A stretch of DNA of 36,590 nt from Candidatus Nanohaloarchaea archaeon (GTDB taxonomy: Archaea > Nanohalarchaeota > Nanosalinia > Nanosalinales > Nanosalinaceae), in NCBI GenBank assembly GCA_047617745.1, contig JBLGBN010000005.1:1-36590 (forward strand). Reading direction: 5' to 3'. The translations under genes were made by a program, and so were the position numbers. This document shows positions 1 to 8,211 of this stretch, one piece after another. The first letter of the stretch is position 1. The number at the start of each line of letters is the position of its first letter. The notes below the pieces were generated by a model that worked only from the letters and a program-made list of their open reading frames with translations, made no database searches and was not told the origin of the DNA.

Positions 1-37
1 TTAACCCGGGAAGAGATGGCAAAAAAGGTAAGTTGAT

Positions 38-823
38 ATGATAGAGAACATTCTTTACAGCAACCAGATTTACTTCCAGTTAGCGCGTTTCACAGTGTTT
101 CTGGTCCTCGGGGTTCTTGCCACCAGGCTTATTCTGATGCCGATCGTGGTCAAGATAATGTCTAGACGAGGCACAAGTACGAAGGCCCGGCATTCGATCG
201 AGAATATAGTAACTCTGATAGGGCTGTTTACAGCTCTTTTAGTAGCTCTTCAGGCGGCATCGTTTGGAAATCTTCTGACAATACTTGGAACCCTTGCGGC
301 CGCCGCAACCGTTGCAGTAGGTTTCGGTATGAGAGACCAGGTTGCGTCAGTGGTTGCAGGAGTTTTCATCCACATGGACAACCCGTTTGTCAAAGGAGAC
401 TACATCAAAGTCAATGAGACCGAGGGAATCATCAAAAACATCAGCCTCCGCACAACCACATTGAACGGTAAAAATAATGCGGAGCAGGTTGTACCTAACA
501 ATATTCTAACGACCAATGTGGTGAAGAATTACACGCGTGGGAATGTCACAAAGGTTTCGATCGAGACGTTGATAGAGGCCGATAAAGCTGAAACGGCTTC
601 AGATTTACTTCTGAACTCCATAAATGAAAACGAAGGTACGCTGGACAAACCGGAGCCGGAGATCAGGTACCGGAAAATATCCGAGGGTAAAACAGATATG
701 GAAGCAACGTTCTGGATCAGGGATGCAGGAAAGCTCAAATCAACCCGCAGTAGCGTTCTACAGGACTATTCGGAGAAGGCGGAGAAAGAAGGGCTTTTCG
801 AGAAAAGTGAGGAAGAGGACTAG
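38..823 (+). CDS. mscS: Small-conductance mechanosensitive channel (MscS family)
   Basis: Three N-terminal hydrophobic helices, then AVGFGMRDQVASVVAGVFI..NPFVKGDYIKV..EGIIKNISLRTT..VVPNNIL, the MscS signature. Confidence 0.9.
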   Translation: MIENILYSNQIYFQLARFTVFLVLGVLATRLILMPIVVKIMSRRGTSTKARHSIENIVTLIGLFTALLVALQAASFGNLLTILGTLAAAATVAVGFGMRDQVASVVAGVFIHMDNPFVKGDYIKVNETEGIIKNISLRTTTLNGKNNAEQVVPNNILTTNVVKNYTRGNVTKVSIETLIEADKAETASDLLLNSINENEGTLDKPEPEIRYRKISEGKTDMEATFWIRDAGKLKSTRSSVLQDYSEKAEKEGLFEKSEEED

Positions 824-1047
824 TTCTTCGAACTTTGATACCATACCCAGATTAGGGAGATTAGACCAACCAGAATAAAGCCGGCTGTGAAGAACTTTGC
901 TCTTGTATTGAGGAGCGGGGAAAGACCTAGGAAATCTATTCTATTAATGTAGCCAAGCCCGAAGAATAATCCGATCACAGCTATCGCTGCTCCCAATCTC
1001 ATCCCAAGGTCTTTCAGAAAGTTTTCTACCGTAAACCTGTCAGTCAT
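820..1047 (-). CDS. Small two-TM membrane protein, hypothetical
   Basis: 75-aa ORF with two hydrophobic stretches; convergent with mscS, 4-nt stop overlap. Confidence 0.65.
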   Translation of the reverse strand: MTDRFTVENFLKDLGMRLGAAIAVIGLFFGLGYINRIDFLGLSPLLNTRAKFFTAGFILVGLISLIWVWYQSSKN

Positions 1048-1345
1048 TTTCTCGCATTTGGAAATAGTTAAGGACGTTCTTCTTATAATTTCAATCTATA
1101 TTACAAGCCTTCCTTATAAAGTTTATAGATTGTTAGAAGCTCTAATAAACACTTAAATATAACTGGAGGGTTCCTAAAACATTCTTAATCTGTAGCAAAC
1201 GGTCTGAGGAACTGTTTTAGTGTAAAGCCTTATAAGAGAAGGTTTTCTATACTGGTTTAAGTGAGAGAATGATGACTTACGAAGCTGAAAACAAAGCAAC
1301 CAATGACGCTAAAACATCTCAATATAGAGTTCAAGGTGAGAGCCG

Positions 1346-1570
1346 ATGGATTTAGAGGATCCGGACAGTTTCGTACCGACCCTAGAAGAGGATTTAGAAC
1401 ACGGTTCCAGTAAGAGGGAGGATTACCTCTACGATTTGATAGATTCAAAACTGGATAAACTATACACCGCGGCTAGAAAACAATCTACTGATGAAGTGGA
1501 TGCCCATCAGGAGGAGCTAAGACAGCTTTACCAGAGCGTCGATCCAATAGAACCAGACAGAATAATATAG
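1346..1570 (+). CDS. Small acidic hypothetical protein
   Basis: 74 aa, D/E-rich like the rest of the proteome; GGTGAG SD-like motif just upstream; stop TAG overlaps the tRNA 3' end. Confidence 0.65.
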   Translation: MDLEDPDSFVPTLEEDLEHGSSKREDYLYDLIDSKLDKLYTAARKQSTDEVDAHQEELRQLYQSVDPIEPDRII

Positions 1571-1710
1571 CCCCGACCGGGATTTGAACCCGGGATCTGT
1601 CCCTAGCTCGCTTTCTTGATAGCCATTCGTAGAATGGTTCGATGCGTGCCGCACTGCGCATCTGCAGGCGCTACGAGGGGACCGCTCTAGCCAGGCTGAG
1701 CCACCGAGGC
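1569..1710 (-). tRNA. tRNA-Thr(CGU) with 67-nt intron (1605-1671) at canonical position 37/38
   Basis: Minus strand folds as acceptor GCCTCGG/TCGGGGC plus U73, D arm GCTC/GAGC, anticodon stem GTCCC/GGGAC with CT-CGT-A|A, T arm CCGGG-TTCAAAT-CCCGG; BHB central helix CTCG/CGAG. Confidence 0.95.
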
Positions 1711-1721
1711 GATATGGATAT

Positions 1722-1729
1722 TATTTAAA
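1722..1729 (+). promoter_or_regulatory. TATA box for a probably leaderless gene at 1751
   Basis: TATTTAAA 22-29 nt upstream of the ATG; no SD motif. Confidence 0.5.
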
Positions 1730-1750
1730 CAGGCTGCTGTATTTTTATTT

Positions 1751-1948
1751 ATGGAGCAGAAGATTGGAGAGCTTGCGGGTTATGTCTGGCGTTTCCTTGA
1801 AGATGAGGGAAAGTCCTCGGTTTCAAGCGTCTGCAAGGCTGTGGATGCGCCTCGTTCCAAGGTTAATATGGCGATCGGATGGTTAGCCCGGGAAGACAAG
1901 CTCGAGTTTATTGACGAGGGAAGAGGAACCTCGGTACAGTTGAGCTGA
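1751..1948 (+). CDS. Winged helix-turn-helix protein (DUF2582-like)
   Basis: IGELAGYVWRFL...MAIGWLAREDKL pattern. Confidence 0.85.
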   Translation: MEQKIGELAGYVWRFLEDEGKSSVSSVCKAVDAPRSKVNMAIGWLAREDKLEFIDEGRGTSVQLS

Positions 1949-1983
1949 ACAGTGTTTTAATTCTGGCATTTAATTCTATTATT

Positions 1984-2934
1984 ATGCCGCTTAGAGAAGG
2001 AGCTGAAACAGTTGTCAACCAGTGCATGGATATTGAGGAAAACGAGAAAGTTGTAGTTCTAAACGATGGAAACGACCAGGATCTGATTGATGCGCTTCTC
2101 GAAGTTCTAGATGAAACCGGCGCAGATTACCGTTTGATCGAGTACAGGGAGCCGGAGAACCATGGTGAGGAACCGCCCGAGGAAGTTGCGGAAGCGATGA
2201 AAGATGCGGACGCTGTTATCGCACCAACTCTAAAATCTTTATCCCACACTGATGCAAGACATCAGGCAAACGAGGCAGGAACACGAGTCGCTACGATGCC
2301 GACCGTTACTAAAAAAGTCTGGAACCAGAGCCTTAACGCAGATTATAAAGAGGTCCGAGATCTAGCGAGGCAATACTACGATCTTCTTGAAGATGTTTCA
2401 AGAGTTAGAATCCAGACTCCTAGCGGAACCGATCTAAAGCTGGAAGTTGACCGCGAGTTCTTTGAGAAAGATACTGGTTTTATCCAGGGCGATGGAGAGT
2501 TTGGCAACCTTCCGGCAGGCGAAGCTGATGGCGGGATAATTGATGCAAACGGAACGTTGGTAATCGATCATTTTCCGTTCGCGCCTGAAGGAACCAAAGT
2601 TGAGATCAAGAATGGAAAAGCAGTTGCGGTTGAACACCCTGAAGGTGAGGAGTCTGATTTATCGGAAGCCTTCAACGACTTTGAATGTTCTAGGGTTCTC
2701 GCGGAACTTGGGATTGGAACAAACACTGAGGCAGAGTTGATCGGGAATGTCCTCCAGGATGAGAAAGTGTTTGGAACGATCCATATTGCGTTTGGGGATA
2801 ACTCCAGTTACTTCCCGGAAGGACATGAGAAACGGAACGTCTGTGATATTCACTGGGATACGATATGTGAAGATCCGACTGTTTGGTTCGACGGCGAGAA
2901 GATGATTGATGAAGGCTCTCCAGCCTTCCGCTGA
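1984..2934 (+). CDS. Aminopeptidase, M29 (aminopeptidase T/AmpS-like) family
   Basis: GTDL, GNLPAGE, AELGIGTN, DEKVFGTIHIAFG and IHWD motifs. Confidence 0.9.
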   Translation: MPLREGAETVVNQCMDIEENEKVVVLNDGNDQDLIDALLEVLDETGADYRLIEYREPENHGEEPPEEVAEAMKDADAVIAPTLKSLSHTDARHQANEAGTRVATMPTVTKKVWNQSLNADYKEVRDLARQYYDLLEDVSRVRIQTPSGTDLKLEVDREFFEKDTGFIQGDGEFGNLPAGEADGGIIDANGTLVIDHFPFAPEGTKVEIKNGKAVAVEHPEGEESDLSEAFNDFECSRVLAELGIGTNTEAELIGNVLQDEKVFGTIHIAFGDNSSYFPEGHEKRNVCDIHWDTICEDPTVWFDGEKMIDEGSPAFR

Positions 2935-2975
2935 ACAAAGGTTTTAAAACAGCTGGCGTCAATTGTTAGTTTAGT

Positions 2976-3098
2976 ATGAACGCAGTAGCGGGATCACGTA
3001 CTGTTGATGGAATGTTTATGTCAGCTGCTGCAATGATTAATACCAAGTTTAAGTCTGTTTTTCTGAACTTCGGGACCAAGACTATTAACTGGAAATGA
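2976..3098 (+). CDS. Possible 40-aa leader peptide MNAVAGSRTVDGMFMSAAAMINTKFKSVFLNFGTKTINWK
   Basis: Read manually; ATG lies ~27 nt after TTTTAAAA (2942-2949); below the ORF-track cutoff. Confidence 0.3.
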   Translation: MNAVAGSRTVDGMFMSAAAMINTKFKSVFLNFGTKTINWK

Positions 3099-3147
3099 TT
3101 CTTGGTTCCGGAGCCACGCTAAACCTGATTTAAGGTGTATTTTTTCT

Positions 3148-3849
3148 GTGGTTCTGGAACGAATAAGTGACGGCGCTTCACGGCACTTGTTGGTTCCCGA
3201 CGAGGATGCGAGAAAATTAATTTTCATTCTCTGCCTTCCGCTCGTTGATGGAGTGTTCGCAACGCTCCTTGTAACAGGTGCGGTTGAAACATTCTCGGAT
3301 ATAATAGCGGTGGCGTTAACAATTTTCACAGGAGCAGGTGCGTTAGCTGTTCTATACTCGTGTTCGGAAACTAGGGAACAGGCCACTAAGACAGTTCTCC
3401 AGACAGCACCTTATCTTATGCTGGGTGCTCTAGCGGTTTCGCTAGTTGCACCGATCTTCGAGCAGCTGTTCTTCGTTAACCGGCTGCAGTATGCGGCAGG
3501 TCTTGCGTTACTCACTATAGCGGTTAAGATGGGAGGCCTGGAGATCGGTGAATGGCTTTCAGTTCCCGCGATCCTGATAACAGGCATGATGCTCTCGGTC
3601 AGGAATCCGGGTTCGCTGGCTTTCAGTATGGAGTACATAGCTCCTGCGATGGGTACTGCGGCGGTAGCGGTCGCAGCATTATTCCTTGCATCCAGACTCG
3701 ATACCTCACAGCTTGATCTGAACTATATCAGAAAAGGAGGTGCTCTCGTCCTGACCACCATCGCGCTTTCGATGTACGGTTTCAGTATTCCGTCGGAGGC
3801 AGGGCTTGCAGTGTTCGCACTTTCGGTGTTCGCGTCTTACAGAGCCTAG
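3148..3849 (+). CDS. Multi-pass membrane protein, DUF5794-like
   Basis: LPLVDGVFATLLVTGA motif resembles haloarchaeal DUF5794 proteins; about 7-8 hydrophobic helices; AAGGTG SD before GTG. Confidence 0.7.
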   Translation: MVLERISDGASRHLLVPDEDARKLIFILCLPLVDGVFATLLVTGAVETFSDIIAVALTIFTGAGALAVLYSCSETREQATKTVLQTAPYLMLGALAVSLVAPIFEQLFFVNRLQYAAGLALLTIAVKMGGLEIGEWLSVPAILITGMMLSVRNPGSLAFSMEYIAPAMGTAAVAVAALFLASRLDTSQLDLNYIRKGGALVLTTIALSMYGFSIPSEAGLAVFALSVFASYRA

Positions 3850-4232
3850 AACTGCTGAACCTGGACCTGGAAGTTTGACTTCTCCTTCATTTTTTCCTCC
3901 AGTTTCAGAACTATCCTGATCCTTGTCCACCGGATCACAAACAGGAAGCCTAGTCCATCGGTTATGAATCCAGGGCTTAACAGCATCAACCCGCCAAGCA
4001 CGATAAGGGTACCTTGTAAGAGATTCCTAGATACCTCGTTCGCTGTTACAGAGGTGCCAAGATTCCTCCAGACAGTTCTCGCCTCACGCTTAACGAAGAA
4101 GGCTCCCAGAATACCTGTCAGAAATATAAGACCTAGTGTTTCAACAAAACCGATGTTTCCCGCGACCTCCACCAGAATATACAGGTCGATGAAAGGAAGT
4201 GCCAAAAGCAAAATTACAAGGTAAAGCAGCAT
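3846..4232 (-). CDS. fxsA: FxsA family membrane protein
   Basis: LPFIDLYIL..LTGILGAFFVKRE..GGLMLLSPGFITDGLG. Confidence 0.88.
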   Translation of the reverse strand: MLLYLVILLLALPFIDLYILVEVAGNIGFVETLGLIFLTGILGAFFVKREARTVWRNLGTSVTANEVSRNLLQGTLIVLGGLMLLSPGFITDGLGFLFVIRWTRIRIVLKLEEKMKEKSNFQVQVQQF

Positions 4233-4263
4233 GTAATAGATTGTCTGATTAAACGGTTTAAAC

Positions 4264-4611
4264 CTATTTAGTCCGTTCGATACTGTTCGCTACAAGGCCC
4301 AACTCTCCTTCATAAATCGTTACCTCGCCCTCTATAGATACTTTCTCGCCTTCCCTGAAATTCTGGTTAGCTCCGAAGTTCGATACTCCGATACTCCCGG
4401 TTTCACCCTTTATATCCAGGAAAAGGTTGCCTTCCACAAAAGAGCTTGAAGCAACTGTTCCTTCAACAGTGACTATCTCTCCTGTATCAGTTGTGGATAT
4501 ATTCTCGACAGCTACCGTCTCCGGCTCGATGTTCTCCCCTGCCACATAGATCAAACTCAGCCCGGCTACAGCCAGCACCAGACAGATAAAATACAGCTCC
4601 CGATGTTTCAG
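4264..4611 (-). CDS. Membrane-anchored OB-fold protein (start uncertain: CTG 4611 or GTG 4578)
   Basis: N-terminal hydrophobic helix, then GEIVTVEGTV..LFLDIKGETGSI..GEKVSIEGEVTIYEGELGL OB-fold pattern. Confidence 0.75.
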   Translation of the reverse strand: MKHRELYFICLVLAVAGLSLIYVAGENIEPETVAVENISTTDTGEIVTVEGTVASSSFVEGNLFLDIKGETGSIGVSNFGANQNFREGEKVSIEGEVTIYEGELGLVANSIERTK

Positions 4612-5147
4612 AGATCGTAGCTGTGTAACTCCCTGTATCTTGAACCACCCTGTTTTAGGTCGGACCGGAAAAGTTTGACCTTACTCACTTCCAGTTCGCT
4701 GAAATAATGGTTTTCGAACTCACGCACCATTTTCTGGAGTTTTCTCTTCTCGTTCTTCCCTACGTCTTTGACACGCATCAAGGTAATGTGTGGTTTGAAG
4801 TCGTGCTTGTTATCTGAAGCCACTGTATGGGATGAAAGCTGGTTGTAGATCCTGTGGAATTTTTCCTCCTGGTTTAAACCTGCCCATATGACCCGTATGT
4901 ATTCCCGGGATGGAAAACAACCTACGCCTGAAGCTTCCGCTGTAAAAGGATCGAGATTGATTTTTTCCATCGCGCCTTTCAGTTCATCTATATCCTCTTC
5001 ATCTATATCCCGGAAGAACTGGAGCGTAATGTGCATTTTCTCTTTCTCTACAGGAGAAAAGCCTAGATCCATCCGGTCGCGTACTTCAGCTAGCTCGTCA
5101 AGAAGTTTATCGTTCTGTACATCGATCGCCGAGAAGACGCGCGCCAT
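4608..5147 (-). CDS. thpR: RNA 2',3'-cyclic phosphodiesterase (2H phosphoesterase, LigT/ThpR)
   Basis: MARVFSAID N-terminus, two HITL motifs (KMHITLQF, FKPHITLMR) and FPS..RVIWAG; the track start at 5171 is an alternative. Confidence 0.92.
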   Translation of the reverse strand: MARVFSAIDVQNDKLLDELAEVRDRMDLGFSPVEKEKMHITLQFFRDIDEEDIDELKGAMEKINLDPFTAEASGVGCFPSREYIRVIWAGLNQEEKFHRIYNQLSSHTVASDNKHDFKPHITLMRVKDVGKNEKRKLQKMVREFENHYFSELEVSKVKLFRSDLKQGGSRYRELHSYDL

Positions 5148-5196
5148 GTAAACTTTTAATGTCTCGGCCATAAAAACATGTTACGGAGGAGCAAAA

Positions 5197-5457
5197 ATGG
5201 CTGATAGACCTCGAGGATCACAGATCGTTGGCAAAACAATCGTTTCGGAAGAACACGGTAAAAAATACGGAGAAGTAGAAGACATCTCATTTGTCGGAGA
5301 CACAGGAGAACTTATGAACCTGCTGATCTCTAACACCACAGAGCATATTGACGATGTAAAACTTCAGGAAGACCGGAAAGGAAGAAATATCGTACCGTTC
5401 TCAGCGGTCAGAAGCATCGGCGACTTCGTGATAGTTTCAGAAGACGATATAATTTGA
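5197..5457 (+). CDS. PRC-barrel protein (CdpB-like, putative cell-division factor)
   Basis: IVGKTIVSEEHGKKYGEVEDI..TGEL..VPFSAVRSIGDFVIV; GGAGGA SD. Confidence 0.85.
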   Translation: MADRPRGSQIVGKTIVSEEHGKKYGEVEDISFVGDTGELMNLLISNTTEHIDDVKLQEDRKGRNIVPFSAVRSIGDFVIVSEDDII

Positions 5458-5471
5458 TCTTCCCGTTTAAG

Positions 5472-5795
5472 ATGGATTATCAGGGATTTGTAGAGGAGGT
5501 TCTGCAAGAAGTAGCGGAAGATTATGGTATTGAAGAGTATGAGTTAAACAGTATTGATATCCATATCTGGGATGTCAACGCGATGCTGGAAACCGATGAA
5601 CTTTCTCTTAAAGTCACCTATGGAAGCGTTGGAGGACACCAGAACGAATATGAGGTCAAGGTTAAAGGCGTATATGAATTAGAGGATATGGAGAGGAAAA
5701 AAGATAACAGAATCTCTGGTCTGTCCGAGGATGATTTCCCGGAACACGAAGTAGCTTCAACCATCAACGAAACTGTTGGAAGCCTCCTGGAGTAA
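5472..5795 (+). CDS. Acidic hypothetical protein
   Basis: Acidic ORF; ATG 5472 preferred over TTG 5454. Confidence 0.65.
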   Translation: MDYQGFVEEVLQEVAEDYGIEEYELNSIDIHIWDVNAMLETDELSLKVTYGSVGGHQNEYEVKVKGVYELEDMERKKDNRISGLSEDDFPEHEVASTINETVGSLLE

Positions 5796-5813
5796 AGACA
5801 GATTTTTCCTGAA

Positions 5814-6401
5814 CTATTTGTGTTTTTCTCTGAGAATAACCGCTAAGAGTAAAATTTGTGTTATTATTATCGCAGGATAGGAGTAGATGTTGTAGTAGGG
5901 AGGCCCTGCCAGTATTATACCCATTTCGTCCATGAGTAGCCCTGCACCTATACCGTACAGAATTGCTTTTTTTCTGTATTGATCGCCGAAGCCGAAGTAG
6001 GCCCAGGCCAAGAATAACGGCGCAAGAAAGTAGTGATGGAGGTGAACTCCGCCTATCCATAACTGCTCGATTACGAAAGGTCCGATCTGCCCCACGCTTC
6101 TAGGTGTTCCGATACCTGCAAAACCTACAAACGCTCTCAAACCCGCCACCGTCAGAAAGAAGCTGCTCAGGGCTAGAAAATAGTATCTGGCTTTCTCCGT
6201 ATCTATAGACCTTTGGATCCAGAGCCCTATCCCTCCCAGGCTTGCAAATGAGATGTAGAAAATATTGACATAAACACCTGGTGGAGAATGACTGTAACCG
6301 ACTGCGAGCAGCCCTACTGCCAGAAAAATCGCTGATAGTTTCCAGGGAAAAATAACATAGGCCTTGGAGTTCTTGATCCTGTCAGAAAGTTTCTGGATCA
6401 T
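5814..6401 (-). CDS. Multi-pass membrane protein, hypothetical
   Basis: Several hydrophobic helices; GGVHLHH and GIGAGLLMDE motifs. Confidence 0.75.
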   Translation of the reverse strand: MIQKLSDRIKNSKAYVIFPWKLSAIFLAVGLLAVGYSHSPPGVYVNIFYISFASLGGIGLWIQRSIDTEKARYYFLALSSFFLTVAGLRAFVGFAGIGTPRSVGQIGPFVIEQLWIGGVHLHHYFLAPLFLAWAYFGFGDQYRKKAILYGIGAGLLMDEMGIILAGPPYYNIYSYPAIIITQILLLAVILREKHK

Positions 6402-6450
6402 AAGCTAATTAGCGAATTGTTTTATTTAATCCCTGCTTAAACCTTGGTTT

Positions 6451-7200
6451 ATGGAGGTCTTTGAGTCCGCCAGAAGGAAGTATGAATTCATCGGCTTGAT
6501 CGCTGGTTCTCTGATTTTTGTTCTACTGGCTTATTTCTATCTTGCACCTTATATTGAGTTCTTTTCCAGTCCAACCGAGCTACGTGCCTTTGTGAGTTCT
6601 TTCGGAATTCTGGGTCCTCTGGTTGTTATTGGGATGCAGTTCACTCAGGTGCTTCTGGCCCCACTTCCACCGGTTGTTCCTGGTATAGCTGGCTATATCT
6701 TTGGTTATGTGAACGGAACAGCCTACAGCATGATCGGTGCTTTTCTGGGAAGCTTTCTTGCTATATATGTTTCGCGCAGATACGGCCGTATACTGGTGGA
6801 TTACTTTGTCAAGGACGAGGTCTTTACAAAGTTCCGGAGGTTTTCGGAGAGTAAAGGTATACTGCCTTATGCGGTTCTTTTTGTTCTCCCGGGCTTCCCG
6901 GATGATGCTCTCTGCTTTATTGCCGGTCTTACCGAGATAGATTTCAAGAAATTAGTTTTAGTTGCAACCTTTGGGAGGTTCCCTGGAATATTTGCGCTGA
7001 ACCTTGCAGGTAGTAGTCTGGCTTCATCTCAGAGTCTTGTTTTTATGGCTTCTTCAGGCTCTCTGATAGCTGTTAGTTTGATATCTGTTAGATTTGATAA
7101 TGAGATCATAGAAATAGCACATGCTCTGGAAAAAGAAGGTCTGGAAGTGTTGAGGTTTGCCGAGGGAGTTTCCCTCGGGCTTTTTGAAAGAGTTAATTAA
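6451..7200 (+). CDS. TVP38/TMEM64 (DedA/VTT domain) membrane protein
   Basis: QVLLAPLP..AGYIFG..SRRYGR..LPGFPDDALCFIAGLT..GRFPG. Confidence 0.9.
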   Translation: MEVFESARRKYEFIGLIAGSLIFVLLAYFYLAPYIEFFSSPTELRAFVSSFGILGPLVVIGMQFTQVLLAPLPPVVPGIAGYIFGYVNGTAYSMIGAFLGSFLAIYVSRRYGRILVDYFVKDEVFTKFRRFSESKGILPYAVLFVLPGFPDDALCFIAGLTEIDFKKLVLVATFGRFPGIFALNLAGSSLASSQSLVFMASSGSLIAVSLISVRFDNEIIEIAHALEKEGLEVLRFAEGVSLGLFERVN

Positions 7201-8147
7201 TCCTCGATTATTCCTTCGTCAGCTACCTTGAAGATTGCTTCGGCTTCAGGCATGTAAGGTGAGTCGACCAACCGAGCTACTCTTTTGTCTTTCTTGCCTT
7301 TTCTCAGGTATACTCTTACTGCAGAGTTGTGTGCAACGATGTGTCCTCCGATTGCTTTGGTTGGGTCTCCAAACATCTGGTCAGGGTTGGACATGACCTG
7401 GTTGGTTACAACTACTGCGGCATTATGTGAGTTTGCTAACCTGAGAAGTGTGTTCATGTGGCGGTTGAGTTTCTGCTGTCTCGGTGCAAGCTCCCCTCTT
7501 CCGACATAATCTGCTCGGAACTGTGCTGTCAGGGAGTCGACAATTATGAGTCCGATGTCTTCTTTCTGGCAGATGTCCTGTGCTTCGTCAGCTAGCAGCA
7601 TCTGGTGGTCGGAGTTGTATGCTCGGGCCACGTGGATGTTATCGAGTGTTTCCTCGACGTCAAGTCCTTTGGCTTCCGCCATCTGTTCTATTCTTGTTGG
7701 GATGAATGTGTCTTCTGTATCTATGTATACTACGCCTTTTCCGAGTCCGCCTTCTCCTTCTTCAAGCTGTACGTTAACGGATAGCTGGTGTGAGATCTGT
7801 GTTTTGGCTGATCCGTACTCTCCGTAGAACTCTGTGATGTTCTGGGTTTCAACTCCTCCACCCAGGATTTCGTCCAGATCGTCACATCCTGTTGTGATGC
7901 GGCCCATGTCTTTCCGGGTTTCGTACTTGTCTTTCCCGGTTTCGAAACCAAGGTCGAGTTCCTGTCTTGCTGCTGTTATTATTTTCTGTGATTTCTTCTC
8001 TCCTAGATCTGCTACTTCTCCGAGATCGCCTGAGCTCATTGTGGCGATCGACATTAAGTCGTCGTAGCCGGCTTCTTTGAGTTTGTCTGCTGTCTTTTCC
8101 CCTACTCCTTTCAGGTCTACCAAGTCTTTTTCGTTGTCGTCTGTCAT
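7197..8147 (-). CDS. radA: DNA repair and recombination protein RadA
   Basis: N-terminal HhH (LKGVGEKTADKL), Walker A GEYGSAKT, YIDTEDTF, IIVDSLT, GRGELAPRQQKL, IGGHIVAH. Confidence 0.97.
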   Translation of the reverse strand: MTDDNEKDLVDLKGVGEKTADKLKEAGYDDLMSIATMSSGDLGEVADLGEKKSQKIITAARQELDLGFETGKDKYETRKDMGRITTGCDDLDEILGGGVETQNITEFYGEYGSAKTQISHQLSVNVQLEEGEGGLGKGVVYIDTEDTFIPTRIEQMAEAKGLDVEETLDNIHVARAYNSDHQMLLADEAQDICQKEDIGLIIVDSLTAQFRADYVGRGELAPRQQKLNRHMNTLLRLANSHNAAVVVTNQVMSNPDQMFGDPTKAIGGHIVAHNSAVRVYLRKGKKDKRVARLVDSPYMPEAEAIFKVADEGIIED

Positions 8148-8211
8148 TATGTTATTCTCCCCTTTGCTATTGTTCAGAAATTTGCGTCTTTTCGTTTAAG
8201 TAATATAGTTT

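Noticed and set aside
1569..1604. tRNA 3' end as an attachment site for an integrated element
   Set aside because: No duplicate of the tRNA 3' end and no integrase seen in the window
1605..1671. C/D box guide RNA within the tRNA intron
   Set aside because: No RUGAUGA or CUGA boxes in the intron
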